This document shows positions 25,272 through 36,974 of a DNA stretch of 64,000 nucleotides, piece by piece. Below the pieces are notes generated by a model, which saw only the letters and a list, made by a program, of their open reading frames with translations, did no database searches and had not been told where the DNA came from. Both the position numbers and the translations under genes were made by a program. The stretch's first letter is position 1. Each line of letters starts with the position of its first letter. Source of the stretch: Mobula hypostoma (taxonomy: Eukaryota); the NCBI RefSeq assembly GCF_963921235.1, contig NC_086097.1, positions 194,620,001 through 194,684,000 on the forward strand, in the 5' to 3' direction.

Positions 25272-26934
25272 TTTGATTCTCGATTCTCCCATATTATTCT
25301 TCCAGAACCACTTCTGACATCATGTTGTGTTACTTCTGTCTAAATGTACCGTGGGTTAACAGTAAAGAATCATATTCTGGAAGAATTAGAGAACTTTTAT
25401 TTACAGTAATAAACAAACACGTCTTAACCCAGCCACGTGCTGGAACATTCTGGCAATCCCGCGCATGCTCAGTGCTCTGTCCAATCATGTACTGGCACAT
25501 CATTGCATGTGATATCACCATATTTAGTACTTGGCCAAGAGTGCCATTTGGACAAGACACCTTTCATGGATTTACTCTCTTGAAGGACACTGGGGCCAGC
25601 CTCAGAGATTACCCTGTCATTTGGATACATGGGGGCTCAGGTGGGTATGTCAAGGCACGCATAAAAGGTATTGAATTCATCTGGCAGTAACGGATTGTTG
25701 CTACTTATGCTATCAAATCTCACCTTGTAGGAAGCAATGTTGTGCAAGCCCTGCCACAGCTGGTTTGTGATTCTATTTTATTCCAACGTTAGATATTGAG
25801 TAGGAACAAGAAGACTGCAGAAGGCTAAAGGATCTCCATTAAGCAAATTTGGATTTTCAGAATCAGGAAAGCTAGAAGTCAAAATAAGAATATTGTTTTG
25901 ATGCCGTTTACTTATAATCTTTGGGATAAGCAACCTTGTGGACTTCATGTGAGTTCCTGTTCAGTGTAGTAAGATTGTTAATGGCAGTCACATGTGACTT
26001 GAACAATTGAAGCAGCCTTAAATGATCTTAAACCACGAGTACCTAAATTCTGTCGGGAAAATTATAACAAGGGAAAGCTGTACTCAGAGAATGCAGGCTG
26101 AGAAATTGCATGCTTGTAACCTATGATTTTTCATTTATTACCAAAATGAACTCTGAAACAGAAGTGTGAACTTAAATTGCTCCTTGCATGTAACTCCTTA
26201 TCTTATAATATACCAAGGTTGCATCTCATGTTGGACAAAGTCATGAAATATTTAAGGGATTCAAAGCAAATGTGAGAAAAACTCAGACCTGGCAAGCTGT
26301 TCATGCTCTTTGATCTGTATATTGACTGTGAAAGCATTAAAGGAGTAGGGAAGGATGAAAGTTGAGCCATTTGCAAATTCAGTCCTGGTAAAACCAAGCT
26401 GCTGACATACTTTACAATTCCTCACTAAGCAACAGCCATATTTTACGAATGTGAGAGTTTGTTCTTTAACTGTGCATTATGCCAGAATATAATGAATCAC
26501 TAAGAATCATGGAGAGCTTTAAAACTGACGCATCTTGTTTATTCCACCTTCCTCAACTTACATGAACCCTAATGGAGCTTAGTGAATGAAGGGCACTAAA
26601 TTCACAACGGCGTGAATTAAACTGCAGTCTCTCAGAGCAACACCATAGTTTAATAAATTGTGTATTTTCCATTGCATTTGATCTCAAGCCTCCAGAACAA
26701 ATGTGCAGCTTTTCTGTAATGCTGCACATTTTAGATCAGCATGAAACTTCCTGCTACGTGCAAAATATCTGCCTCTGTTGGCACACTGATAGAAAAAGCT
26801 TTTGTGAAATTTCTGATTTTCCTGCATAATATACTTTTAATAACCTGAACCCAAAGGAATAATTAAATATATATATTATTTAATTATATATAGTTAGTTA
26901 TTAACAGAGGAAAAGTGGAGGGGTATGGTGGCAA

Positions 26935-27375
26935 AAGGTATCTGCCATCTGACAAAAGGTACCAAAGCATTCGGGCTGTCACGACCAGACTGTGCAACAG
27001 TTTCTTCCCCCAAGCCATCAGACTCCTTAATACCCAGAGTCTAGACTGACATCTACATCATTTATTATTATATTGTAATTTGTCCTCTACTGTGCCTATT
27101 GTCTTGTTTATTATTTATTGTACTGCCCTGCACTGTTTTGTGCCCTTGATGTAGTCCTGCGTAGGTCTGTAGTTCGGTGTAGTTTTTGTGTTGTCTTATG
27201 TAGTCTAGTGTAGCCTTGTGTTGTCTCACTTAGTCTAGTGTAGTTTTGTGTTGTTTCATGTAGCACCATGGTCCTGGAGGAACGTTGTTTTGTTTTTACT
27301 GTATACTGTACCAGCAGCTTATGGTCGAAACGACAATAAAAAGCAACTTGACTTGACTGGACTTGACTTGACTTG
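26935..27375 (+). mobile_element. Rex1/Babar 3' end with (GACTT)n tail
   Basis: Homologous to 11950-12322. Confidence 0.8.
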
Positions 27376-29519
27376 GTGCAGGGTGGGATCTGTATACTCC
27401 ATAGGAATTGCATTCATTAAAACCACTAGTTATTGCAATTTTGGAATCCTATTATGCTTCAAATGCTAATCAGCAGCAAAGAAATCAAAGCCACAGTTCC
27501 TCCTAACCCTACAATTAAAGTAAAATCAATCTTGAACTTGGAATGCTGAAGCTGTTATGAACTGTACAGGTCTGTGTTGGGTTCCGAGATTTTTAGAGCA
27601 TTTGAATTGCTTAATTGTTTTTTAACGAGAGTCAGTAATTGTTTTGAATTCTTTGTGTTTCACCTCGAGCGACTTGCTCTTTGTAATGCAGCTTCCTGGT
27701 GCTTTCTGTTCAAACTTATTAAGTTTGTTTTGATAGGATTGGCGATTCTATCTTACTTGTATTAGTTAAGCAGATGCCTGATTAGCGCCAACTGCAGGGT
27801 GCTAGTTTTGAGAATACTACGTCTCGCAGTGTCACTTGGCTGAGATTGCACGTACTGTTGAAATTCTTATGAATTTCTTATGAGTTGGTCGTCATCTCTA
27901 CATTAGAATCTGTCTTTCCTCCACACTTGGGTTCTGACATTTCAGCATACATTGTGACAGAATTGGATAGTGCAGAAAAAAATGAACATGGTCATTGTTC
28001 TGAGCTATTAAGCCACATCTATTTGGTTCAAGACAAGGGATATTAATAAAGTTATCTAGTGATAAACATATTAAGAAACATTAAAAAAACTGTAGGAAAA
28101 TACAGTATTTATTTTTAAAGGAAAAAAGTAATGGAAAAATTAAAAGGGAATTAAATATTTTGTGTCTCTGTTGGAAGAGAACAGGAAAATACTTTTTGGA
28201 AGTGGAGGAGAACAAGTTGAAAGTGAATAATGAGAAGAAAATAACACTCATAATAGAATAATATTAGAAAAATTAATGTGCCTGGAGACCAATAAATCTG
28301 AAAATCTTGTGGACATTCATCACAAGGTTTTGAAAAAGAATGTGGTAGAGATAGTAGATGCCCTAGTTGTTTTCTTTCAAAATTCCCATAGACTCCACAT
28401 TTTTTCCTCAACCTCGAGTTGCTATAGATCAGAAAGTTACAGATATAACCAAATTATGTAAGAAGGGGGAAGAGGAAAAGTAGAGATCGATAAGATATTT
28501 TGCCTGACACTAGGGTTACAAAGTCATACAGCATGGAAGCATGTCCTTCAGCCCAATTCATCCACTGCTCGGAGAGCTAGTCCAATCTTCCCACGTTTGC
28601 CTCATAACCCCCTAAACATCTCTTGTCCATGTAATTATCTAGATAACTTTTTAAAAGTTGCTAATGTGTCACCTCAACCACTACTTCTGGAAACTCATTA
28701 CAAATATGCATCACTATTTTCATGAAGCATCAGCTTCTGCTGTTCCTTACCTCTGATCCTAAACCTATGCTTTCTTGGTTTTAACACCCTCCGTGAGAAA
28801 AATACTGTGCTTTTGTGATGGATATTCACCATCCAGGGCCTGTGGGGGGATGGGGGGGGGTGCCTTTCGGCAGGCTCAGGTTTCTAATTCTTCCTGATAA
28901 TTCCAGGGGTCAAAGAATTGTTTTTGAGTAATTTAAGCCTCCAATCAGCCTCTTGTTGTAAACAAGAGAACAATAGGGTCCTCATTGGACTATTATTTAA
29001 TCAAGAGGAAACAATAAGATTCGCTTTGGCTTTATTAAACAATACCTTCACCTGGTCTGATGAATGTAAGTCAAAAACATCAGATGCATGTGAAGTCACC
29101 AAGTAGCAATAAACAGCATAAATGTTAACGAGCAGTCAAGCTTGTTAGGAATGGTCAAGCACTGACAAGAAGGATGACAGAAAGATGGGGTGACTGGAAT
29201 CCATTTCTCTGCCTTCGATTTCTGCAATAGATGACTTGTTCGTCTACAATCAATGGCACATCTTTTTAAGTTATAGGAATTGTACCTGTATTTTGGAAAT
29301 CCTTTGTGTTTTGGAAATGGTTTGTAATTTGGAAATCTTTTATAAAACAGAAATCCTCTGTGAGTTTTAAATATGTTTTAAGAATTTTGCCAAAATATAA
29401 ACATGCATAACTAAAAATAAACTCTGTTTAAATTACTTCGAAAGTTGAAAGTATCTTCTCCTTGGTTGGGAGAGTGGAGGAGCCACGGCTCAAATAGTGG
29501 GCATTGGCAGTTATACCTG

Positions 29520-30900
29520 CCATGAAGGATACACAGGGTCTAGCTTTTGATGAGGAGGAGGCAACAGTATAACCTCCTTTTAGTGAGGGTACCCATATCA
29601 ATCTACCGTATATCGGATATGGCTTAAGATATTTCTTTGAGCTCAGAACTTTGCAGACAGCAAACCCGATACCATCACTCTGTCTATGCCCTTCATGATC
29701 TTCTATATCTCCATCAACTCAATCAAAAATCTCCTACAATCCTTGGCATAGTCCTTGCAACTGAGGCCCCCAAGTGCAAGCAACATCCTGGTATATCTTG
29801 TCTGCTCTTTTCCTAATTTAATAACATCCTTTCCATAACAGTGTGACCAAAGATATACAGAATACTGCAGGTGCAGAACCTGCAACATCTTAAATAACAT
29901 AGCTTTCTAATACCTCTACTCAATGCGAATGAAGGACAATGTGCAAGCACCTTCCTAACTAATCTATCTACCTGTGATACCATTTTCAGTGAACAGTGCA
30001 CGTGGACTTCTTGGCCCTTCTGTTCCGTAACACTCCCCAAGGCATTGCCATTCATTGTTCAAGCTCTACCCTGGTTTGCTCTCCTAAATTGCAAGACCTC
30101 ATATTTATCAGGATTGAAATTCATTTCTTAATCCTCAACCAAAGTAACTACCTGATCTAGATCCCTTTGTAATTTTTCATAACCTTTTATAGTGCCTACA
30201 ACACTCTATATTTTAGTATCATCTGCAGGTTTATTAATCATGCCTTGCACATTCACATCCAAATCACATGAATAGTTTGGATAGGTACATGGATAATAGG
30301 GATACGGAGGGCTATGGTCCTGGCGCAGGTCGATGGGAGTAGGCAGTTTAAATGGCTTCAGCATGGGCTAGATGGGCTGAAGGGCCTGTTTCTGTGCTGT
30401 ACTTCTTCATGACTTTATTTGTACCAATAACACAGGTCCCAGCACTGGCCCCTGTGGCACACTAGTAGACACTGACCATCAGTCCAAGAAGCAACCCTCG
30501 ACCATCACACTCTACTTCCTAGCACTGAGACAATTATGAATCTAATTAGCTATCTTTCCCGTGATCCGATGTGATCTAACCTACTGTAGTAGCCCGTCTT
30601 GAGGGACCTTGTCAAATGCCTTGCTAATGTCTATTCAGACTACACCGACTGCCCTACCCTCATCTACCATCTTTGTTAGCTCCTTTAAGAACTCCAGGAG
30701 ATCTGTCAGATGTAAGCCAAGCTGGCTGTCCTAAGTCAGACTGTTTCTCCAAATATTTGTAGATCGTATTTCTCAGAATCCCTTCCAGCAATTTACCCAC
30801 CAATGGTGTCAGAATCATTGGCCTATATTTTCCTGTCTTGTTTTTACTACCATTTTTAAACAATCGTGCCATTTCAGCTATTCATCAGTCCTCTGGAACC
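29520..30900 (-). mobile_element. Decayed CR1 LINE, with a plus-strand CR1 3' end at ~30275-30415
   Basis: LFKNGSKNKTGKYRPMILTPLVGKLLEGIL and NGNALGSVTEQ remnants. Confidence 0.75.
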
Positions 30901-32015
30901 AGAGGCCAGGAAGTGGCAGGTGCAGTATAACTAAGACAAGTGTGAAGTGTTGCGATTTGGTAAATTAAACCAGAGCAGGACTTTCACAGTAATGACAAGA
31001 CATTGGAGAGTGTTGTATAACAGAGAGACCTGGGACTACACGTACATTGTTCACGGAAAGTGGTGACACAAGTAGAAAGAGTGATGTCCTTGTTGCAAAA
31101 TTTGCAGGCAATGTGAAAATAGGTGGAGGGGCAGATAGTTTTGAGGAACTCAAGAGGTTAGAAAGGGACTTAAACAGATTAGGGGAATGGGCAGAAAAAT
31201 GGCAGATGGAATACAGTGTTGGGAATTGTATGGTCATGCACTTTGGTAAAAGAAATGAAAAGGTTGACTACTTTCTAAGTGGAGAAAAAATACAGAAAAA
31301 CTGATGTACAAAAGGACTTGGGAGTCCTTGTGTAGGATTTCCTAAAAGTTAATTTGCAGGTTGGGTCTGTGGTGAGGAAGGCAAATGTGATGTTAGCATT
31401 CATTTCAAGAGGATAAGAATATAAAAGCAAGGATGTAATGTTGAAACTTTATAAGGCACTGGTGTGGCCTCAGCTGGCTTATTATGAGGTGTTTTGGGCC
31501 CCTTATCTTAGAAAGGATGTGCTGAAATTGAAGAGGGTCAAAGCAGGTTCACAAAAATAAGTCCAGGATTGAATGGCTTGTCATATGAAGAGATTTGATG
31601 GCTCTGGGCCTGTATTCACTAGAATACAGAAGAACGAGGAGTGACCTAATTGATACCAATTAATGGTTTGGATGGTGAAAGGACTTGATAAAGTGCATGT
31701 GGACAGGATGTTTTCTATGGTGGGAGAGTCAAAGACCCGAAGATACAGCCTCAGAATAGAGGGTGTCCTTTTTTAACAGCGATGAGGAGGAATTTCTTTA
31801 GCCAGGGACTGGTAAATCTGTGGAATTCTTTGCCACAGGGAGCTGTAGAGGCCAAGTCTTTATGTATATTTAAGGCAGAGGTTGATAGATTCTTGATTCG
31901 CTAGGTCATGAAGGGATACAGGGAGAAGGGATACATTGTTGCTGAGAGGAAAATTAGATCAGCCATGATGAAATAGCGGAGCAGATTTGATGGGCTAAAT
32001 GGCCTAATTCTGCAA
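30900..32015 (+). mobile_element. Two joined decayed CR1 fragments
   Basis: VAKFAGNVKIGG..EWAEKWQMEYSVGNCMVMHFG motif and a CR1 3' UTR. Confidence 0.8.
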
Positions 32016-32737
32016 GTCTATCTTGCCTGGCCCCGAAGACCTGACCTGTATATAATATCCCAGATGCAGTCTCAGCAGGGGCCTAAGTATTTGGAACAAG
32101 ATAATACTACCCTTGAGATTAAATCAGCTTGCACTCATTTGCCTTTCCAATTACTTCCTGTTCCTTGTTGCCAACCTTCAGTACATTATGCATCGGGATC
32201 CAGAACCACTGAATGTCAACAGCTTGAAAACAACAATTGCAAGAAATATACCCTCACTTTTATTTTTTTTATATAAAAATGGATGACTTCTATTCCTATT
32301 AAATCTGAGTGTTTGGAGTCTTTTGTGTTCAAAAACACCTCACAAGAAGCAAGCTGGGCCCACTAAACTGGCCAGGCTCTCACATTGAAATAATCACTAT
32401 TGAGACTTTCTGCTGGTTCTCTCATTTTCAGACCTTCAAAAAGGCTGTTAGGATTATGGCACTTCTAATGGCAACCCTTTGTCGGTTAGGATATGTCTCT
32501 GAGCTCAGAGGAAACCATCACGCACACTGTCAACAATGTTAATTTACTTAGAATGATATTGATTTAAAGAGTAGCGAAAAAAGAATTTATGGAAAGAAAA
32601 GTGGTAATTCCACTGAACTAAGCAGGGAACTTCAAGGAGAATTATAAAAAGTAGACAATTGTTATACACCAACTACCAGGGGTGATTGATAAGTTCATGG
32701 CCTAAGGTAGAGGGAGTTAATTTTACAAAGCCTAGCA

Positions 32738-33656
32738 TGAGGAGATCCTGGAGTACTCCTATTAACTGTGTTTTTGAAGAGAGAGAGAGAGAGTTATTTA
32801 CCACCGATATGTTGCTTTTGAAAAGAGAGAGAGAGAGAGAAAAACGAAGATTAACGGTTGGACTGTCACTTTAAGGCATTGGAAGTAACTTTGGATTTCT
32901 ACTGAGTTGAGTTTAGAGACAGCACTGAGAAGCTCGAAAGTTGCTATGGTGACCGAAGGCGGGTTGTTGATATTACTTTCAAGGACTTGTTGCCTGCTTG
33001 CATTTCTTTGCAGACAAAGGAAGGAGGGACTCTTTGAATGACAGGTGATGCTCAGCCTGGTGAAATAAATAGGAGGTCAGATGATACAGACCTCAGACAC
33101 ATGATCTGGACACTGAATGAGCATTGTTGTGCCCACAGAGAAAGTGGGTTTTGGAAGATCGATCAGGCGGATCGATCCAAATTGCTATTCCAGTGAAGGA
33201 GAAGGGGTTGACTGGTGGGGAGTTGTCTATGTGTCCACCCTTGCCGGGGTGATAGCTCCACTACAGGAAAACTGGTCCCCCTGGTTAAAGTCACAGTCGG
33301 TGACTGGTAAAGGATTTCAGAGGATGATGAGAAGATCAACGGCATCAGCTCACCTGAAGACTCAACTCACTCTCTCTCTCTCTCCCCATCACTATTCAAC
33401 TACATACCATGAACTGAACTGAACTGAACTTTACTCAACATCGTAAGACTGTATCTTTTTACCCCTAGACTTAAAGAAGCTTGGTTTTTATACATATATT
33501 TCCATACTTACTGATTTGCGTACTTATATATCTATTCATTGATATTTACTGTATTGTGTAGTTACTAATAAATATTAGTAGTTTATAGCAATACTGGAGT
33601 CCAAAGTGGTTTCTATTTCTGCTGGTTTCTTTATCCCTGTCACGGGGTATGTGACA
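32738..33656 (+). mobile_element. Solo LTR of the Gmr1-like family
   Basis: Reverse-complement homolog of 14686-15616, ending GTGACA. Flanked by the direct repeat CTAGCA (32732-32737, 33657-33662). Confidence 0.9.
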
Positions 33657-33977
33657 CTAGCATATTTATTTTTCAACATAGTCCCCTCCTACATGTACAT
33701 ACTTAGTCCAACGATCGTGGAGCATACAGATCCTTTCTTTGTAGAAGTGGTCCACAGCAGGGGGTGATTGATAAGTTCATGGTCTAAGGTAGAAGGAGAC
33801 GAATTATACAGGTCTTGTTACATGCACATGCAGTTCAGCTCTTTGAGTGAAAATGCAGAAAGTCTGAAGTTTATAACTCAGCTCCTTCTACCTTAGGCCT
33901 CAAACTTATCAAGCACCCCTACCGTGGACCACTTCTGGAGGTCCAAGACGCCGACTTCTACAAAGAAGGGATCCATA

Positions 33978-35449
33978 CCCTGAGAATTGGCGAATGGCTA
34001 ATGTTATCCCACTTTTTAAGAAAGGAGGGAGGGAGAAAACAGAGAACTATCGCCCTGTTAGCCTAACATCAGTAGTGGGGAAGATGCTAGAGTCCATTAT
34101 TAAAGATGAAATAGCGGCATATCTTGATAGCAGTGATAGGATTGGGCTGAGCCAGCATGGATATACCAAGGGAAAATCACGCTTGACTAATCTATTGGAG
34201 TTTTTCGAGGATGTAACCAGGAAGATAGACGCGGGAGATCCAATGGATGTGGTGTACCTTGACTTTCAGAAGGCATTTGATAAGGTACCACATAGGAGAT
34301 TGGTGGGTAAAATCAGAGCTCATGGCATTGGGGGGAGGATATTGACATGGATAGAAAACTGGTTGGCAGATAGAAAGCAAAGGGTAGCAGTGAATGGGTG
34401 TTTCTCGGAATGGCAGGTGGTGACTAGTGGGGTGCCACAGGGCTCGGTATTGGGACCACAGCTGTTTACGATTTACGTCAATGATCTAGAGGAAGGCATT
34501 GTGAATAACATCAGCAAATTTGCTGATGATACTAAGCTGGGTGGCAGTGTGACATGTGATGAGGATGTTAGGAGAATTCAAGGTGACTTGGATAGGCTGG
34601 GTGAGTGGGCAGAAACTTGGCAGATGGCGTTTAATGTGAATAAGTGTGAGGTTATTCACTTTGGGAGCAAGAACAGGAAGGCAGATTATTATCTGAACGG
34701 TGTGGAGTTAGGTAAGGGACAAATACAAAGAGATCTAGGAGTACTTGTTCATCAGTCTCTGAAGGTGAATGAGCAAATGCAGCAGGCAGTGAAGAAGGCT
34801 AATGGAATGTTGGCCTTTATTACAAAGGGAATTGAATACAAGAGCAAGGAAATCCTTTTGCATTTGTACAGGGCCCTGGTGAGACCACACCTGGAGTATT
34901 GTGTGCAGTTTTGGTCTCCAGGGTTAAGGAAGGACATCCTGGCTGTGGAGGAGGTGCAGCATAGGTTCTCTAGGTTAATTCCTGGGATGTCCGGACTGTC
35001 TTACACAGAGAGGTTAGAGAGACTGGGCTTGTACACGCTGGAATTAAGGAGATTGAGGGGGGATCTGATTGAGACATATAAGATTATTAAGGGATTGGAC
35101 AAGATAGCGGCAGGAAATATGTTCCAGATGCTGGGAAAGTCCAGTACCAGGGGGCATAGTTTAAGAATAAGGGGTAGGTCATTTAGGACAGAGTTGAGGA
35201 GGAACAACTTCTCCCAGAGAATTGTGGAGGTGTGGAACACGCTGCCTCAGAAGGCAGTGGAGGCCAATTCTCTGGATGCTTTCAAGAAGGAGCTAGATAG
35301 GTATCTTATGGATAGGGGAATCAAGGGTTATGGGGACAAGGCAGGAACCGGGTATTGATAGTAGATGATCAGCCATGATCTCAGAATGGCGGTGCAAGCT
35401 CGAAGGGCCGAATGGTCTACTTCTGCACCTATTGTCTATTGTCTATTGT
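33978..35449 (+). mobile_element. 5'-truncated CR1 LINE, apparently young
   Basis: Uninterrupted RT ORF, CR1 3' UTR and (CTATTGT)n tail. Flanking CATA at 33974-33977 and 35450-35453. Confidence 0.95.
33994..35358 (+). CDS. CR1 ORF2 reverse transcriptase, C-terminal 454 aa (no endonuclease domain)
   Basis: NYRPVSLTS, YLDFQKAFDKVPH, SGVPQGSVLGP, KFADD and [13 protein letters not shown] motifs. Probably not expressed. Confidence 0.85.
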   Translation: MANVIPLFKKGGREKTENYRPVSLTSVVGKMLESIIKDEIAAYLDSSDRIGLSQHGYTKGKSRLTNLLEFFEDVTRKIDAGDPMDVVYLDFQKAFDKVPHRRLVGKIRAHGIGGRILTWIENWLADRKQRVAVNGCFSEWQVVTSGVPQGSVLGPQLFTIYVNDLEEGIVNNISKFADDTKLGGSVTCDEDVRRIQGDLDRLGEWAETWQMAFNVNKCEVIHFGSKNRKADYYLNGVELGKGQIQRDLGVLVHQSLKVNEQMQQAVKKANGMLAFITKGIEYKSKEILLHLYRALVRPHLEYCVQFWSPGLRKDILAVEEVQHRFSRLIPGMSGLSYTERLERLGLYTLELRRLRGDLIETYKIIKGLDKIAAGNMFQMLGKSSTRGHSLRIRGRSFRTELRRNNFSQRIVEVWNTLPQKAVEANSLDAFKKELDRYLMDRGIKGYGDKAGTGY

Positions 35450-36230
35450 CATATGCTCCATGACCGCTGGACTAAGTGTGCAAATGTAGGAAAAATAAAT
35501 GTGCTAGGTTTTCTAAAATTGACTCCTTCTACCTTGGGTCACGAACTTATCAATCACCCTTCGTACATGCCTGAATTTGATCTCAAATACAATGCAATCA
35601 GTTGATTTGACTGGCAGTGTGCAGCCAATCAGTAGATAATAGGCAGATGGAAATTAGGAGAGAGATAAATGGAAACTACATGATTAATGCATGGTTAAGG
35701 CATTTAGGTTAGCAATGAAGGCCCTTCATCTCTGCCGGTGTTCAGGTCAGTAGCTTCATTATGTCAGTAGCTTCATCTCAGTCTTCACGACTATCAGTTA
35801 TGCAAGTCCCAGGTGGAGACTCAGAAATACTGCCGCACTCAGATGTAGAAGAATTCTTCATTGTTATTTCCATAACAATTTTGACATACCAGTCAGGGTT
35901 TTTCGCCCTGAGTTGAACCTCTGAATCTGGAGGATTGGGGGACTTGTAGCGATCGACTTTCTACGCAGGCGAACCGTCTCACAAAATGGCGCATGCGTTG
36001 GCAGAGAGGCCAGCCCCAAAATGGCACTGGGCTTCTTCACCAGCAAGGGGAGAAAGCCCACGCGTGGGAAGAGACTTCTGTAATGCACCTCTGACATCAT
36101 TTCCACCCGGAGAGAGCGGGAAAGGAACTGCGTAAAAGCCAGTGCCGCGAAGTTTGAACAAACTTGTCTCGAGTGCAACTTACAGATTGCGTGTTGTTAT
36201 TTCTAGCTCTGTGTGTAGCACATCGCTACA

Positions 36231-36974
36231 TTGGTGACCCCGACGGTCCAAACGGGATTTGGACCAAAGGTGATCGACTCTTCATCTGTTCACGCAGTTT
36301 CGCTAAAACTGCCAACTTTCTGGACGCTGCGACCACATGTGTGGTTTGACCAAGCAGAAGCCCAGTTCCAGATTCGGCAGATATCTTCGGATTCCACACT
36401 TTACTATTACGTGGTGAGCTCCCTCGACCAGGAGACAGCCGCCCAGGTTGAGGATTTCATACAGTCACTCCCAGAAGAAGGCAAATATGCAGCATTCAAA
36501 TCGCTGCTCATAGGGACATTGGGCCTCTCACTGCGTGAGCAAGGTGCCCGCTTGCTGCAGCTGGATGGTTTGGGAGACAGGCCACCGTCAGCATTAATGA
36601 ACGAGATGCTGGCCCTGGCTGAAGGACACAAGTCCTGCCTCATGTTTGAGCAGGCGTCCCTAGAGCAACTGCCCGAGGACATATGCCTGCTGCTGTCCGA
36701 CGCAGATTTCAGAAACCCCCGGGAGGTGGTCACCCGGGCAGAGGTGCTGTGGAAAGCCAAGAGGGAGAGCAGGGCGTCTGTCGGACAGATTACCAAGCCG
36801 CGTGCCCAACAGCAGGCCAGACCAAGCCCGGCAATGGAGCGCACACAACCCAGAGGCAGGAGGGAGGAGGCCAGTGAACAGTGGTGTTTCTACCACCAGT
36901 GGTGGCGCACAGAAACCTGCCATTGTCACCCGCCCTGCAAGTTCCTGGAAAACGCCAGGGCCAGCCGCCACTAA
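36231..36974 (+). CDS. Gag of the CsRn1-like Gypsy (true start uncertain)
   Basis: VSLKLPTFW..WFDQAEAQF..LGDRPPSALM..WCFYHQWWRTETCHCHPPC. Confidence 0.8.
   Translation: MVTPTVQTGFGPKVIDSSSVHAVSLKLPTFWTLRPHVWFDQAEAQFQIRQISSDSTLYYYVVSSLDQETAAQVEDFIQSLPEEGKYAAFKSLLIGTLGLSLREQGARLLQLDGLGDRPPSALMNEMLALAEGHKSCLMFEQASLEQLPEDICLLLSDADFRNPREVVTRAEVLWKAKRESRASVGQITKPRAQQQARPSPAMERTQPRGRREEASEQWCFYHQWWRTETCHCHPPCKFLENARASRH

Larger units (their letters stand above)
22101..25522 (-). mobile_element. Non-autonomous Gypsy (Mag-like) LTR retrotransposon: gag fused to captured host coiled coils, no PR/RT/RH/IN core
   Basis: 200-bp LTRs at 25323-25522 and 22101-22373 (the latter carries a 73-bp insert). TSD TTTAG at 22096-22100 and 25523-25527. 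PBS TGATGTCAGAAGTGG (tRNA-Leu-like) at 25308-25322; PPT AAGGAAAGGAAGA at 22374-22386. Confidence 0.92.
21915..25770 (-). mobile_element. Decayed Rex1 RT fragment (pieces ~21915-22100 and ~25523-25770) hosting the LTR element
   Basis: Minus strand reads LPDEFNTFYA, then GQVLK|ICIDQLA across the TSD, then DYCLVAITAMVMKCF. Confidence 0.65.
32674..35565. mobile_element. Mariner-like fold-back MITE carrying a solo LTR and a CR1
   Basis: TA-flanked TIRs taccaggggtgattgataagttcatggcctaaggtag and ctaccttgggtcacgaacttatcaatcacccttcgta. A second internal TIR pair lies at ~33758-33800 and ~33882-33920. Confidence 0.8.
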
